Assembly (NCBI GenBank): GCA_902784805.1 | Contig: CACZWD010000012.1 | Coordinates: 11,133 to 75,132 of the forward strand | Reading direction: 5' to 3' | From: an uncultured Ruminococcus sp. | Lineage (GTDB): Bacteria > Bacillota > Clostridia > RUG12999 | DNA length: 64,000 nucleotides | Shown here: one piece after another, positions 55,369 through 64,000 of the stretch | Layout: each line of letters opens with the position of its first letter | Position numbering within the stretch: the first letter of the stretch is position 1 | Notes under the pieces: generated by a model | What the model was told of the DNA's origin: nothing | The model's database searches: none | Seen by the model: only the letters and a program-made list of their open reading frames with translations | Program-made: the position numbers and the translations under genes

Positions 55369-57321
55369 ATGTCAGAATTTAAAGTGGTCAGCAGCTATAA
55401 GCCGACAGGCGACCAGCCGCAGGCAATAGATAAGCTTGCGCGCGGCGTTTTAAATAATATGAAAGCCCAGACGCTTATGGGCGTTACAGGCTCCGGAAAA
55501 ACATTTACCATGGCAAATATTATTGAAAAGGTGCAGCGCCCGACACTTGTGCTTGCTCATAACAAAACGCTTGCCGCCCAGCTTTGCAGCGAGCTTCGGG
55601 AATTTTTTCCGGATAGTGCCGTTGAGTATTTTGTTTCGTATTACGACTATTATCAGCCGGAAGCCTATATTGCGGCGACAGATACCTATATAGAAAAAGA
55701 TTCTTCCATAAACGACGATATTGACCGCCTGCGTCATTCCGCAACGGCGGCTCTTTTTGAACGCCGTGACGTGGTTATTGTTTCGTCGGTAAGCTGTATA
55801 TATTCTCTCGGTGACCCGATAGATTATAAAAATATGGTTATATCACTGCGTCCCGGTATGAGCTATGGCAGAAACAAACTGCTTTTAAAGCTTGTGGATT
55901 TGCAGTACGAAAGAAACGACATTGATTTCTCGAGAGGAAAATTCCGTGTAAGAGGCGATGTTGTTGAGATTTTCCCGGCGGGCGCGAGTGATAAAATAAT
56001 AAGAGTTGAGTTTTGGGACGAGGAAATTGACCGCATAAGCGAAGTTGAGCAGATAACGGGAAATGTAACAAGGACGCTCAGTCATGTCGCTATTTTTCCG
56101 GCATCGCATTATGTTACTCCCAGGGACAAGCTGGAGCTTGCCATAAAGGATATTGAACAGGAGCTTGAAAGCCGCTGCAAAGAGTTTGAGCAGCAGGGCA
56201 AGCTGCTTGAAAAGCAGCGTATTGAGCAGCGCACAAATTACGATATTGAAATGCTGCGCGAAATAGGCTTTTGTTCGGGCATAGAAAATTATTCGAGAAT
56301 ACTCAGCCGCAGAGAGCCGGGAAGTACGCCGCATACTTTGCTTGACTATTTCCCCGAAGATTATCTTTTAATTGTTGACGAATCGCATGTCACAATTCCG
56401 CAGGTAAGGGCTATGTATAACGGTGACAGAGCAAGAAAAACGAGTCTTGTGGAGTACGGTTTCAGGCTTCCTTCCGCGCTTGATAACAGACCGCTTAATT
56501 TTGATGAGTTTGAAAGCAAAATAAATCAGGTTATTTTTGTTTCGGCAACTCCCGCGGAGTATGAAAAAAGCCGAAGCTCACAGATTGCCGAGCAGATTAT
56601 ACGTCCCACAGGGCTTTTGGACCCCGAAATAAGCGTCCGTCCGGTGGAAGGACAGATTGACGACCTTATGGGTGAAATTTTTGAGAGAGCGGAGCGTAAC
56701 GAAAGAGTGCTTGTTACCACGCTTACAAAGAAAATGGCGGAAGCTTTGACGGATTATTTTACCGAACACGGCGTAAGGGTAAGGTATTTACATTCCGATG
56801 TTGAAACCATTGAGCGTATGGAAATAATAAGAGACCTCCGAATGGGAAAGTTTGATGTGCTTGTAGGTATAAATCTGCTTCGTGAAGGGCTTGATATTCC
56901 CGAAGTGTCGCTTGTGGCAGTTCTCGACGCGGATAAGGAAGGCTTTTTAAGAAGCGAAACCTCGCTTATTCAGACAATAGGCAGAGCCGCGCGAAATGCC
57001 GACGGCAAGGTTATTATGTATGCCGATACGGTAACGCCGTCAATGAAAAAAGCGATAGACGAAACAAACCGCAGACGTGAAATTCAGGACAGATACAACA
57101 AAGAGCACGGAATAATTCCGAAAAGTATAGTAAAAGAAGTGCGGGATATTATAGAAATAAGCAGACCGGGCGAGGACGAAAAACGCAAAAAGAAGCTTAC
57201 GAAATCAGAAAAGGTTAAGCTTATCGAACAGCTTACCGCAGAAATGCGGCACGCTGCGAAAGAGCTTGATTTTGAATATGCCGCCATGCTTAGGGATAAA
57301 ATAAAAGAACTTGAAAAATAA
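55369..57321 (+). CDS. uvrB: excinuclease ABC subunit B
   Basis: 650 aa. [14 protein letters not shown], and a C-terminal UVR motif. Confidence 0.96.
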   Translation: MSEFKVVSSYKPTGDQPQAIDKLARGVLNNMKAQTLMGVTGSGKTFTMANIIEKVQRPTLVLAHNKTLAAQLCSELREFFPDSAVEYFVSYYDYYQPEAYIAATDTYIEKDSSINDDIDRLRHSATAALFERRDVVIVSSVSCIYSLGDPIDYKNMVISLRPGMSYGRNKLLLKLVDLQYERNDIDFSRGKFRVRGDVVEIFPAGASDKIIRVEFWDEEIDRISEVEQITGNVTRTLSHVAIFPASHYVTPRDKLELAIKDIEQELESRCKEFEQQGKLLEKQRIEQRTNYDIEMLREIGFCSGIENYSRILSRREPGSTPHTLLDYFPEDYLLIVDESHVTIPQVRAMYNGDRARKTSLVEYGFRLPSALDNRPLNFDEFESKINQVIFVSATPAEYEKSRSSQIAEQIIRPTGLLDPEISVRPVEGQIDDLMGEIFERAERNERVLVTTLTKKMAEALTDYFTEHGVRVRYLHSDVETIERMEIIRDLRMGKFDVLVGINLLREGLDIPEVSLVAVLDADKEGFLRSETSLIQTIGRAARNADGKVIMYADTVTPSMKKAIDETNRRREIQDRYNKEHGIIPKSIVKEVRDIIEISRPGEDEKRKKKLTKSEKVKLIEQLTAEMRHAAKELDFEYAAMLRDKIKELEK

Positions 57322-57347
57322 TACAAAAATATAAGAGAGGCAAAAGT

Positions 57348-60176
57348 ATGTCACTTGAAAATATAAGGATAAAAGGCGCGAGAGTGCATAATCTTAAAAA
57401 TATCAATCTTACAATTCCGAGAGATAAGTTTGTGGTTATAACCGGACTTTCGGGTTCGGGAAAGTCATCTCTCGCGTTTGATACCATATATGCCGAAGGG
57501 CAAAGGCGCTATGTCGAATCGCTTTCGTCATATGCCAGACAGTTTTTGGGGCAGATGGAAAAACCCGATGTGGATTATATAGAAGGGCTTTCTCCCGCTA
57601 TATCAATCGACCAAAAAACCACGTCAAAAAATCCTCGTTCAACCGTTGGAACAGTTACGGAAATTTATGATTATTTAAGGCTTCTTTATGCCAGAATAGG
57701 TATTCCGCACTGCCCGAAATGCGGAAAGGAAATTCAGCAGCAAACGGTTGACCAGATGACAGATAAAATTATGGAGTATCCCGAAGGCACAAAATTTACT
57801 GTGCTTGCTCCTGTTGTAAGGGGTAAAAAGGGAGAACACGCGAAAATACTTGAAACCGCGCGCAAGAACGGTTATGTCAGAGTCAGAATTGACGGTGAAA
57901 CGCGGGAGCTTGATGAGGATATAAAGCTTGAAAAAACAAAAAAGCACAATATTGAAATTGTAATTGACCGTATTGCCGTAAGAGGTGATATTAAAAGTCG
58001 TCTTACAGATTCGATTGAAACAGCACTCGGAATAAGCGACGGGCTTGTGTTTATCAGCTTTCCGGGCGGTGACGAGCGGGTTTTCAGCTCAAGCTACGCT
58101 TGTCCAGACTGCGGAATAAGTATGCCGGAGCTTACGCCAAGAGCATTTTCGTTTAACAATCCCTACGGCGCGTGTCCTCACTGCGCGGGGCTTGGTTTTG
58201 TTATGGGTGTTGACCCGGCGCTTATAATTAAAAATCCGAAATTGTCAATTAAAGAAGGCGCAATTACGGCAAGCGGCTGGAGCAGCATTAATGATAAAAA
58301 ATCTATGGCATATATGTATCTTTCCTCACTTTCAAAACGTTACGGTTTTGACTTTGATACGCCGATATGCGAAATGAGCGAGGAAGCTGTAAACGCTATA
58401 CTTTACGGTACGCCGGAGGAGCTTGAATACACCTATGAGCATAAAAAATCCTCCGGAAGATTTATCGGAAAATTTGAGGGCATAATAAATAACCTGGAAA
58501 GAAGATACCATGAATCCACCTCCGAATGGACAAGGTCGGAAATCGAAGCTTATATGAGCACAACGCCGTGCAGTGAATGTAAAGGCGCGAAATTAAAACC
58601 CGAAATTCTTGCCGTTATGGTGGGCGGGCTTAATATAAAAGAGTTTTGCGATATGCCTGTCGATGAATCCAAAAAGTTTATTGAAAACTTAAAAATAACA
58701 GAACGTGAAGAAAAAATTGCGCATCAAATTGTAAAAGAGCTAAAAGCAAGGCTGGGTTTTCTTGTAAATGTCGGGCTTGATTATCTGACTTTAAGCCGGG
58801 GCGCAGGCTCGCTTTCGGGCGGCGAAGCTCAGAGAATACGCCTTGCCACACAGATAGGCTCCGGGCTTATGGGTGTGCTTTATATACTTGATGAGCCGAG
58901 CATAGGACTTCATCAGCGGGATAACGCCAAGCTTCTTGCGGCGCTGAGAGGTTTGCAGCAGCTTGGAAACACCCTCATTGTTGTGGAACACGATGAGGAT
59001 ACCATGTATGCCGCGGACTGGATTGTGGATATCGGTCCGGGCGCGGGCGTTCACGGCGGTGAAATTGTTGCCGAAGGTACGGTTGATGATATAAAGGCAA
59101 ATAAAAATTCCGTAACGGGGCAATATTTAAGCCGTGTCAAAAAGATTCCTGTTCCTTCAAAAAGGCGAAAAGGCAGCGGAAAATCAATAAAAATCTGCGG
59201 CGCAGCCGAAAATAACCTTAAAAATATTGATGTTGAGTTTCCGCTTGGAGTTATGACAGCCGTTACGGGCGTGTCGGGCAGCGGTAAAAGCTCTCTGATA
59301 AGCGAAATACTTTATAAAAGGCTTGCGAACGAGCTTAACGGAGCAAGACTTAAGCCCGGCAAGCATAAAGATATTACAGGTCTTAAATATCTCGATAAGG
59401 TAATAAACATTGACCAGTCGCCGATTGGCAGAACGCCGCGCTCAAACCCTGCGACATATACGGGTGTTTTTACAGATATACGAAATCTTTTCGCATCCAC
59501 AAATGACGCGAAAATGCGTGGTTACAGTCCTTCAAGGTTCAGTTTTAATTTAAGCGGAGGCAGATGTGAGGCGTGTTCGGGCGACGGTATTGTAAAAATA
59601 GAAATGCATTTTCTTGCGGATATTTATGTTCCGTGCGAGGTATGCAAGGGTAAACGCTATAACCGTGAAACACTTGAAGTAAAATATAAAAGCAAAAATA
59701 TTGCCGATGTGCTTGATATGACTGTTTCCGAAGGCGTTGAGTTTTTTGAAAACGTTCCGAGGATTAAAAACAAGCTCAAAACTATTGAGGACGTAGGTCT
59801 CGGATATATTAAAATGGGGCAAAGCGCCACAACGCTTTCGGGCGGCGAGGCGCAGCGAGTTAAGCTCGCTACGGAGCTTGCGAGAAAAGCAACGGGGAAA
59901 ACGATTTATATTCTTGACGAGCCGACCACGGGGCTTCATACCGCCGATGTGCATAAGCTTACAGAGGTTTTAAATAAGCTTGTTGACAGCGGAAATACTG
60001 TTATTGTTATTGAGCATAACCTCGATGTGATAAAAACAGCGGATTATATAATCGACCTGGGTCCGGAGGGCGGCAACAAGGGCGGCAGAGTTATAGCGAC
60101 AGGAACGCCCGAAGATGTCGCGAAGATTAAAAAATCTGAAACGGGTAAATTTTTAAAAAAAATTTTAACAGAATAG
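57348..60176 (+). CDS. uvrA: excinuclease ABC subunit A
   Basis: 942 aa. Two ABC modules ([18 protein letters not shown]), zinc-finger Cys clusters, and LSGGEAQR twice. Confidence 0.96.
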   Translation: MSLENIRIKGARVHNLKNINLTIPRDKFVVITGLSGSGKSSLAFDTIYAEGQRRYVESLSSYARQFLGQMEKPDVDYIEGLSPAISIDQKTTSKNPRSTVGTVTEIYDYLRLLYARIGIPHCPKCGKEIQQQTVDQMTDKIMEYPEGTKFTVLAPVVRGKKGEHAKILETARKNGYVRVRIDGETRELDEDIKLEKTKKHNIEIVIDRIAVRGDIKSRLTDSIETALGISDGLVFISFPGGDERVFSSSYACPDCGISMPELTPRAFSFNNPYGACPHCAGLGFVMGVDPALIIKNPKLSIKEGAITASGWSSINDKKSMAYMYLSSLSKRYGFDFDTPICEMSEEAVNAILYGTPEELEYTYEHKKSSGRFIGKFEGIINNLERRYHESTSEWTRSEIEAYMSTTPCSECKGAKLKPEILAVMVGGLNIKEFCDMPVDESKKFIENLKITEREEKIAHQIVKELKARLGFLVNVGLDYLTLSRGAGSLSGGEAQRIRLATQIGSGLMGVLYILDEPSIGLHQRDNAKLLAALRGLQQLGNTLIVVEHDEDTMYAADWIVDIGPGAGVHGGEIVAEGTVDDIKANKNSVTGQYLSRVKKIPVPSKRRKGSGKSIKICGAAENNLKNIDVEFPLGVMTAVTGVSGSGKSSLISEILYKRLANELNGARLKPGKHKDITGLKYLDKVINIDQSPIGRTPRSNPATYTGVFTDIRNLFASTNDAKMRGYSPSRFSFNLSGGRCEACSGDGIVKIEMHFLADIYVPCEVCKGKRYNRETLEVKYKSKNIADVLDMTVSEGVEFFENVPRIKNKLKTIEDVGLGYIKMGQSATTLSGGEAQRVKLATELARKATGKTIYILDEPTTGLHTADVHKLTEVLNKLVDSGNTVIVIEHNLDVIKTADYIIDLGPEGGNKGGRVIATGTPEDVAKIKKSETGKFLKKILTE

Positions 60177-60252
60177 TATTCCGGAGCCTTTATCCAAGCG
60201 ACAAAGCGGCGGACGTTTAAAGTAACAAAAATATTAAAAATAAGCTGTTTCT

Positions 60253-60336
60253 ATTGACAAAGCGGTTTTTACGTGGTAAAATATGAAAAGTAAGGTTTAT
60301 GCGGTGTGCCTGACTGACATAGGTCGGGCGCTTTTT
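60253..60336 (+). promoter_or_regulatory. promoter (TTGACA-17-TGgTAAAAT) followed by a leader terminator-like hairpin
   Basis: TTGACA at 60253..60258 and TAAAAT at 60276..60281. Hairpin GTGCCTGAC-N8-GTCGGGCGC (60306..60331) is followed by T5, lying before the coding start at 60383. Confidence 0.5.
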
Positions 60337-60382
60337 AAAATTTATACCTTGCAAATTTTTTAAGGAAGGACGATGAAAGAAA

Positions 60383-60490
60383 ATGAAATTAGCATTTTCA
60401 ACACTTTGCTGTCCGAACTATGACTGGAAAGACATTTTCTCCATGGCGAAGGACCTTGGCTTTGACGGCATTGAAGTTTGCTCCCGATAA
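60383..60490 (+). pseudogene. detached 5' fragment (35 codons) of the TIM-barrel/AMP-ligase fusion gene
   Basis: MKLAFSTLCCPNYDWKDIFSMAKDLGFDGIEV then CSR-stop. This is a typical N-terminus of xylose-isomerase-like TIM-barrel (sugar phosphate isomerase/epimerase) proteins. The reading frame switches at about 60479 into ORF 60420..62870. Confidence 0.7.
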
Positions 60491-62870
60491 ATATGAGCAA
60501 ACTGCCGAAAAGCTACTAAAGCTAAAAATCGAAATTCCTTGTTTATCGACAGGCGGTTGCATTAAATTTGATAATGAATGGCAAGAAACAAAAAGTGAAA
60601 TATTAAATTATATAAAAGTTGCGAAAGGTGTCGGAGCAAAATATATCCGTATTTTAGGTGACCTTAAAGCCGCTCCGGACGGAGAGGTTGATGACAGGGC
60701 TACCGTATCAAGACTTAAAGAGCTTGTGCCTTTTGCTGAAGAAAGCGGTATAACACTGCTTGTCGAAACAAACGGCGTTTATGCCGACAGCGCAAGGCTC
60801 GCGGCGCTTCTCAGCGAAATCGCGAGTGATAACGTTGCGGCGCTTTGGGACGTTCATCACCCTTACAGATTTTTTGGAGAAAGCCCCGAAACCACGCTTA
60901 CAAACCTTGGTGCTTACATAAAACACGTCCACGTGAAGGATTCCGTAATGGAAGGCGGCGAGCTTATTTATAAGATTCCCGGCGAGGGCGATTTGCCGCT
61001 TCATGATATAATGTTTGCGCTTCGTTCAATAAACTATGAAGGGTATATTACGCTTGAATGGGTTAAGCGCTGGGCACCCGACCTTTGTGACGCCGGTATA
61101 ATTTTCCCGAAATTTATTGAATTTATGTCGGAATACTGCGGCGGTTCGGTTCACGGAAGCAGGCTTTACGATAATCTCAGAGGTACAGGAAAATATGTCT
61201 GGCCGAAAGAAACCATAATTGACCTTACGTTTCCTCAGGTGCTTGACAGAATGGTTGAGGAGTTTCCCGACCAATATTGTTTCAGATATACAACGCTTGA
61301 TTATACAAGGACATACGCGCAGTTCCGTGATGATGTCGATACTTTCGCGCGTTCGCTTATATCTCTCGGAGTCCGTCCGGGCGACCATGTAGCCATATGG
61401 GCAACAAATGTTCCGGCGTGGTACATAACCTTTTGGGCGACCACAAAAATAGGTGCCGTGCTGGTTACCGTAAATACGGCATATAAGGTTTATGAAGCCG
61501 AATATCTGCTTAAGCAGTCCGATACGCATACGCTTGTTATGATTGACGGCTATAAAACAAGCAATTATATAGAAATTATGCAGGAGCTTTGTCCGGAGCT
61601 TAAATCACTTCCGAAAGGACAGCCGCTTCATTCCAAAAAGCTTCCGTTCCTTCGCAACATAATCACGGTTGACTGCGAAATGCCGGGAGGAATTACATGG
61701 GACGAAGCGGTAGCGCGTTCGGCAGACACTCCGGTTGAAGATGTTTACCGCCGCAGCGCCGCCGTTAATAAGCACGATGTATGCAATATGCAATATACAT
61801 CGGGAACAACAGGTTTTCCTAAGGGCGTTATGCTTACGCATTATAACGTTGTAAACAACGGTAAGGCAATAGGAGATTGTATGGACCTTTCCACAGCGGA
61901 CAGAATGATGATTCAGGTTCCTATGTTCCACTGTTTCGGTATGGTACTCGCAATGACTGCTTCAATGACACACGGTGTTACCATGTCCCCTATACCCGCG
62001 TTTTCACCCCGAAAAGGGCTTGACTGTATAAACAGAGAAAAGATAACCTGTTTCCACGGTGTGCCGACTATGTTTATAGCCATGCTCGGTCATGAGGACT
62101 TTGCAAAGACTGATTTTTCAAGTATGCGTACAGGCATTATGGCAGGTTCACCTTGCCCGATACAGACAATGAAAGAAGTAATTGAAAAAATGCATATGCC
62201 CGAAATATGCATAACCTACGGTCAGACGGAAGCTTCACCGGCAACGACAATGAGTAAAACCACAGATTCGATAGAAACACGTGTAAATACAGTCGGCGGT
62301 CCTATTTTCGGCGTTGAATGTAAAATTGTTGACCCCGAAACAAATGAGGAACTTCCCGATAACGTTGACGGCGAGTTTGTAGCGAGAGGCTATAACATTA
62401 TGAAGGGCTATTATAAAATGCCTGCCGCAACCGCAGCCGCGATTGATGAGGACGGATGGCTTCATTCGGGTGATATTGCAAGACGCACTCCGGAAGGATA
62501 TTTTAAAATTACGGGCAGAATTAAGGATATGATTATAAGGGGCGGAGAAAATCTTTATCCAAAAGAAATTGAGGATTTCATTTATACTCACCCCGATGTC
62601 AGCGATGTTCAGGTTATAGGCGTGCCCGACAAGCAGTACGGCGAAGAAGCGATGGCGTGCGTTATACCAAAGGCGGGCAGCGAGCTTACCGAGGAAGTCC
62701 TCCGTGAATTTATTGTGTCACACATTGCGAAACACAAAGTTCCGAAATATATTCGTTTTGTTGATTCATTCCCGATGAACGCGGCAGGAAAAATCCTCAA
62801 ATATAAAATGCGTGAGGAAGCGATTGAATATCTCGGTCTTCAGGACGCAAGCAAAATTGTCACAGCATAA
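60420..62870 (+). CDS. fusion of a xylose-isomerase-like TIM-barrel domain and an AMP-dependent acyl-CoA synthetase/ligase (5' end disrupted)
   Basis: 816-aa ORF. Only residues from about FAPDKYEQTAEKL onward are in the true frame. The TIM-barrel part contains YIRILGD...LLVETNG...HVHVKD...ITLEW. The ANL-family part contains YTSGTTGFPKGV, GYGQTE-like ITYGQTE, and GWLHSGD...GRIKD. Confidence 0.8.
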   Translation: MTGKTFSPWRRTLALTALKFAPDKYEQTAEKLLKLKIEIPCLSTGGCIKFDNEWQETKSEILNYIKVAKGVGAKYIRILGDLKAAPDGEVDDRATVSRLKELVPFAEESGITLLVETNGVYADSARLAALLSEIASDNVAALWDVHHPYRFFGESPETTLTNLGAYIKHVHVKDSVMEGGELIYKIPGEGDLPLHDIMFALRSINYEGYITLEWVKRWAPDLCDAGIIFPKFIEFMSEYCGGSVHGSRLYDNLRGTGKYVWPKETIIDLTFPQVLDRMVEEFPDQYCFRYTTLDYTRTYAQFRDDVDTFARSLISLGVRPGDHVAIWATNVPAWYITFWATTKIGAVLVTVNTAYKVYEAEYLLKQSDTHTLVMIDGYKTSNYIEIMQELCPELKSLPKGQPLHSKKLPFLRNIITVDCEMPGGITWDEAVARSADTPVEDVYRRSAAVNKHDVCNMQYTSGTTGFPKGVMLTHYNVVNNGKAIGDCMDLSTADRMMIQVPMFHCFGMVLAMTASMTHGVTMSPIPAFSPRKGLDCINREKITCFHGVPTMFIAMLGHEDFAKTDFSSMRTGIMAGSPCPIQTMKEVIEKMHMPEICITYGQTEASPATTMSKTTDSIETRVNTVGGPIFGVECKIVDPETNEELPDNVDGEFVARGYNIMKGYYKMPAATAAAIDEDGWLHSGDIARRTPEGYFKITGRIKDMIIRGGENLYPKEIEDFIYTHPDVSDVQVIGVPDKQYGEEAMACVIPKAGSELTEEVLREFIVSHIAKHKVPKYIRFVDSFPMNAAGKILKYKMREEAIEYLGLQDASKIVTA

Positions 62871-63122
62871 TATTGATATATTTTGAGAGCCCGCCTTTTT
62901 CAAGGCGGGCTCAGAGCGCTGACAAACTCGGTCTGACGCAAGCAATTTTATTATTTCCGCCAAACTACATTTTTTATTGATTTTATGTGAGCGGCGCGGT
63001 TTTTTCTGAAACCGCGCCGCTGCTTGCTTTTTGTCGGGCTCAAACCTCTGACGTACCTTTGTACTTGAGCGAGATTTAAAGGACGTAATATACCTTTGTT
63101 TCTCAGCCTCTGCTGTCGTCTG

Positions 63123-63599
63123 TTAATTAAGGATATAAATCATAAGATTAAGATACGCCGCGAATGTAACCCACAGAAGATAGGGTACTTGAAGATACGC
63201 CGCGGTTTTGTTGACTTTTTTAAAACTCAAAATCATAAGAATAATTATAAACCATAAAAGCATAATCCAGATAAACGCGAAAAGAAAAGCGCGTAAATTA
63301 AAGAAAATTATGCTCCAAAAGAAATTTACAATCAGGTTTAGCGCGTAAATTCGGAGCGCGCCGGAGCGAAGCGCCGGATTAGCCTGACAGCGCATTGTGT
63401 AAATAATAGCACTGCCCACACCCATAAGCACGTAAAGAATTGTCCATGCCACCGGGAAAAGCCATGACGGAGGAGCAAGCGGCGGTTTTACAATATTGTC
63501 ATACAAATCCATATTGCCCGACGTGATAAACGCCGCCAGCCCGCCTACGCCAAGCGCGATTAAAACAGAAACTACATAGGGTTTTATTTTTTGCCACAT
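63123..63599 (-). CDS. tspO: TspO/MBR family tryptophan-rich sensory protein
   Basis: 158 aa with five TM segments. KPPLAPPSWLFPVAWTILY, and a C-terminal YLLWVTFAAYLN. Confidence 0.88.
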   Translation of the reverse strand: MWQKIKPYVVSVLIALGVGGLAAFITSGNMDLYDNIVKPPLAPPSWLFPVAWTILYVLMGVGSAIIYTMRCQANPALRSGALRIYALNLIVNFFWSIIFFNLRAFLFAFIWIMLLWFIIILMILSFKKVNKTAAYLQVPYLLWVTFAAYLNLMIYILN

Positions 63600-63719
63600 A
63601 AATTTTTACCTCACTTTTTTATTGTTGTATGATATTATTATGCCGAAAAATATAAAAAAATACCGAAAAATCTTTTGATTTTTCATTTAAAAAAATTTTT
63701 TGAGGTTAAAGGAAAACTA

Positions 63720-63748
63720 TTGATTTTTTAGACAATAAGTGGTATAAT
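63720..63748 (+). promoter_or_regulatory. promoter TTGATT-17-TGgTATAAT upstream of asp23
   Basis: TTGATT at 63720..63725 and TATAAT at 63743..63748 with the extended -10. Confidence 0.55.
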
Positions 63749-63784
63749 AATATCATATGATAATAATGTCAGGAGGCAGGACTT

Positions 63785-64000
63785 ATGGAAAATAATTATG
63801 AAAACGAATATACCGGTAATATAAAAATTTCGGACGATGTAATTGCCACGCTTGCCGCTAAGGCAGCAAAGGAAGTTGAAGGCATTGCGGATTTAATAGG
63901 CGGCATTGTCGGCAACATTACCGCCGCCGTTCTTGGCAAAAAAGATACCTCAAAAGGCATTGATGTCGATATGAAGGACGGGGCGGCTTATATTACGCTG
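63785..64000 (+). CDS. Asp23/Gls24 family envelope stress protein, N-terminal part (3' end outside window)
   Basis: The ATG at 63785 follows AGGAGG. The reading frame is open to the window end and reads NIKISDDVIATLAAKAAKEVEGIADL.GG, typical of the Asp23 family. It is absent from the ORF track because no stop lies within the window. Confidence 0.8.
   Translation, partial: MENNYENEYTGNIKISDDVIATLAAKAAKEVEGIADLIGGIVGNITAAVLGKKDTSKGIDVDMKDGAAYITL

Noticed and set aside
1-64000. tRNA, rRNA, tmRNA, RNase P or SRP RNA genes
   Set aside because: Visual scanning of the intergenic regions found no cloverleaf-compatible sequences or conserved RNA signatures. A tRNAscan/Infernal run would be needed to be certain.

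Overview
This window looks like a chromosomal segment from a spore-forming, S-layer-bearing Firmicute of class Clostridia. That placement is an inference from gene content: spo0A, spoIID, two SLH-domain wall proteins, Gram-positive consensus promoters and a Cheo-type LexA box. All calls were made by eye from the sequence and the ORF track, with no database search.

The backbone is housekeeping:
- uppP (partial), ftsK, ygiQ, folD, mtaB
- a highly expressed SLH S-layer gene, spo0A, putP, comM
- a histidine phosphatase, relA/spoT, recJ, rpiB, tsaB, tsaE, spoIID
- a MacAB/YknXYZ-like efflux operon followed by a second SLH protein
- mutS2, proS, ispF, ispD, carD
- a lysine-riboswitch-controlled dapA-dapB-lysA operon
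- uvrB-uvrA behind a LexA box, an AMP-dependent ligase fusion, tspO, asp23 (partial)

An AT-rich accessory island of about 11 kb (about 21.8-33.2 kb) lies between tsaE and spoIID. It carries:
- a Type III R-M operon (mod-res) with two extra co-transcribed genes, one with a DUF4145-like C-terminus
- a cysteine-rich putative spore-coat protein
- XRE and RHH regulators, and a DUF4375/DMP19-like protein
- a HigB/HigA type II toxin-antitoxin pair
- a 95-nt tandem-repeat leader
- a candidate type I toxin-antitoxin locus that the ORF track misses: a 22-aa hydrophobic peptide plus a convergent sRNA

Two other points stand out:
1. Short gene-disrupting deletions or truncations are unusually dense in otherwise conserved genes: relA (two), ispF, dapA, a flavin-reductase remnant and the TIM-barrel/AMP-ligase fusion.
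2. A repeat-rich non-coding stretch of about 0.8 kb lies upstream of spo0A and contains 0A-box-like palindromes.

I saw no rRNA, tRNA, CRISPR array, transposase or integrase.
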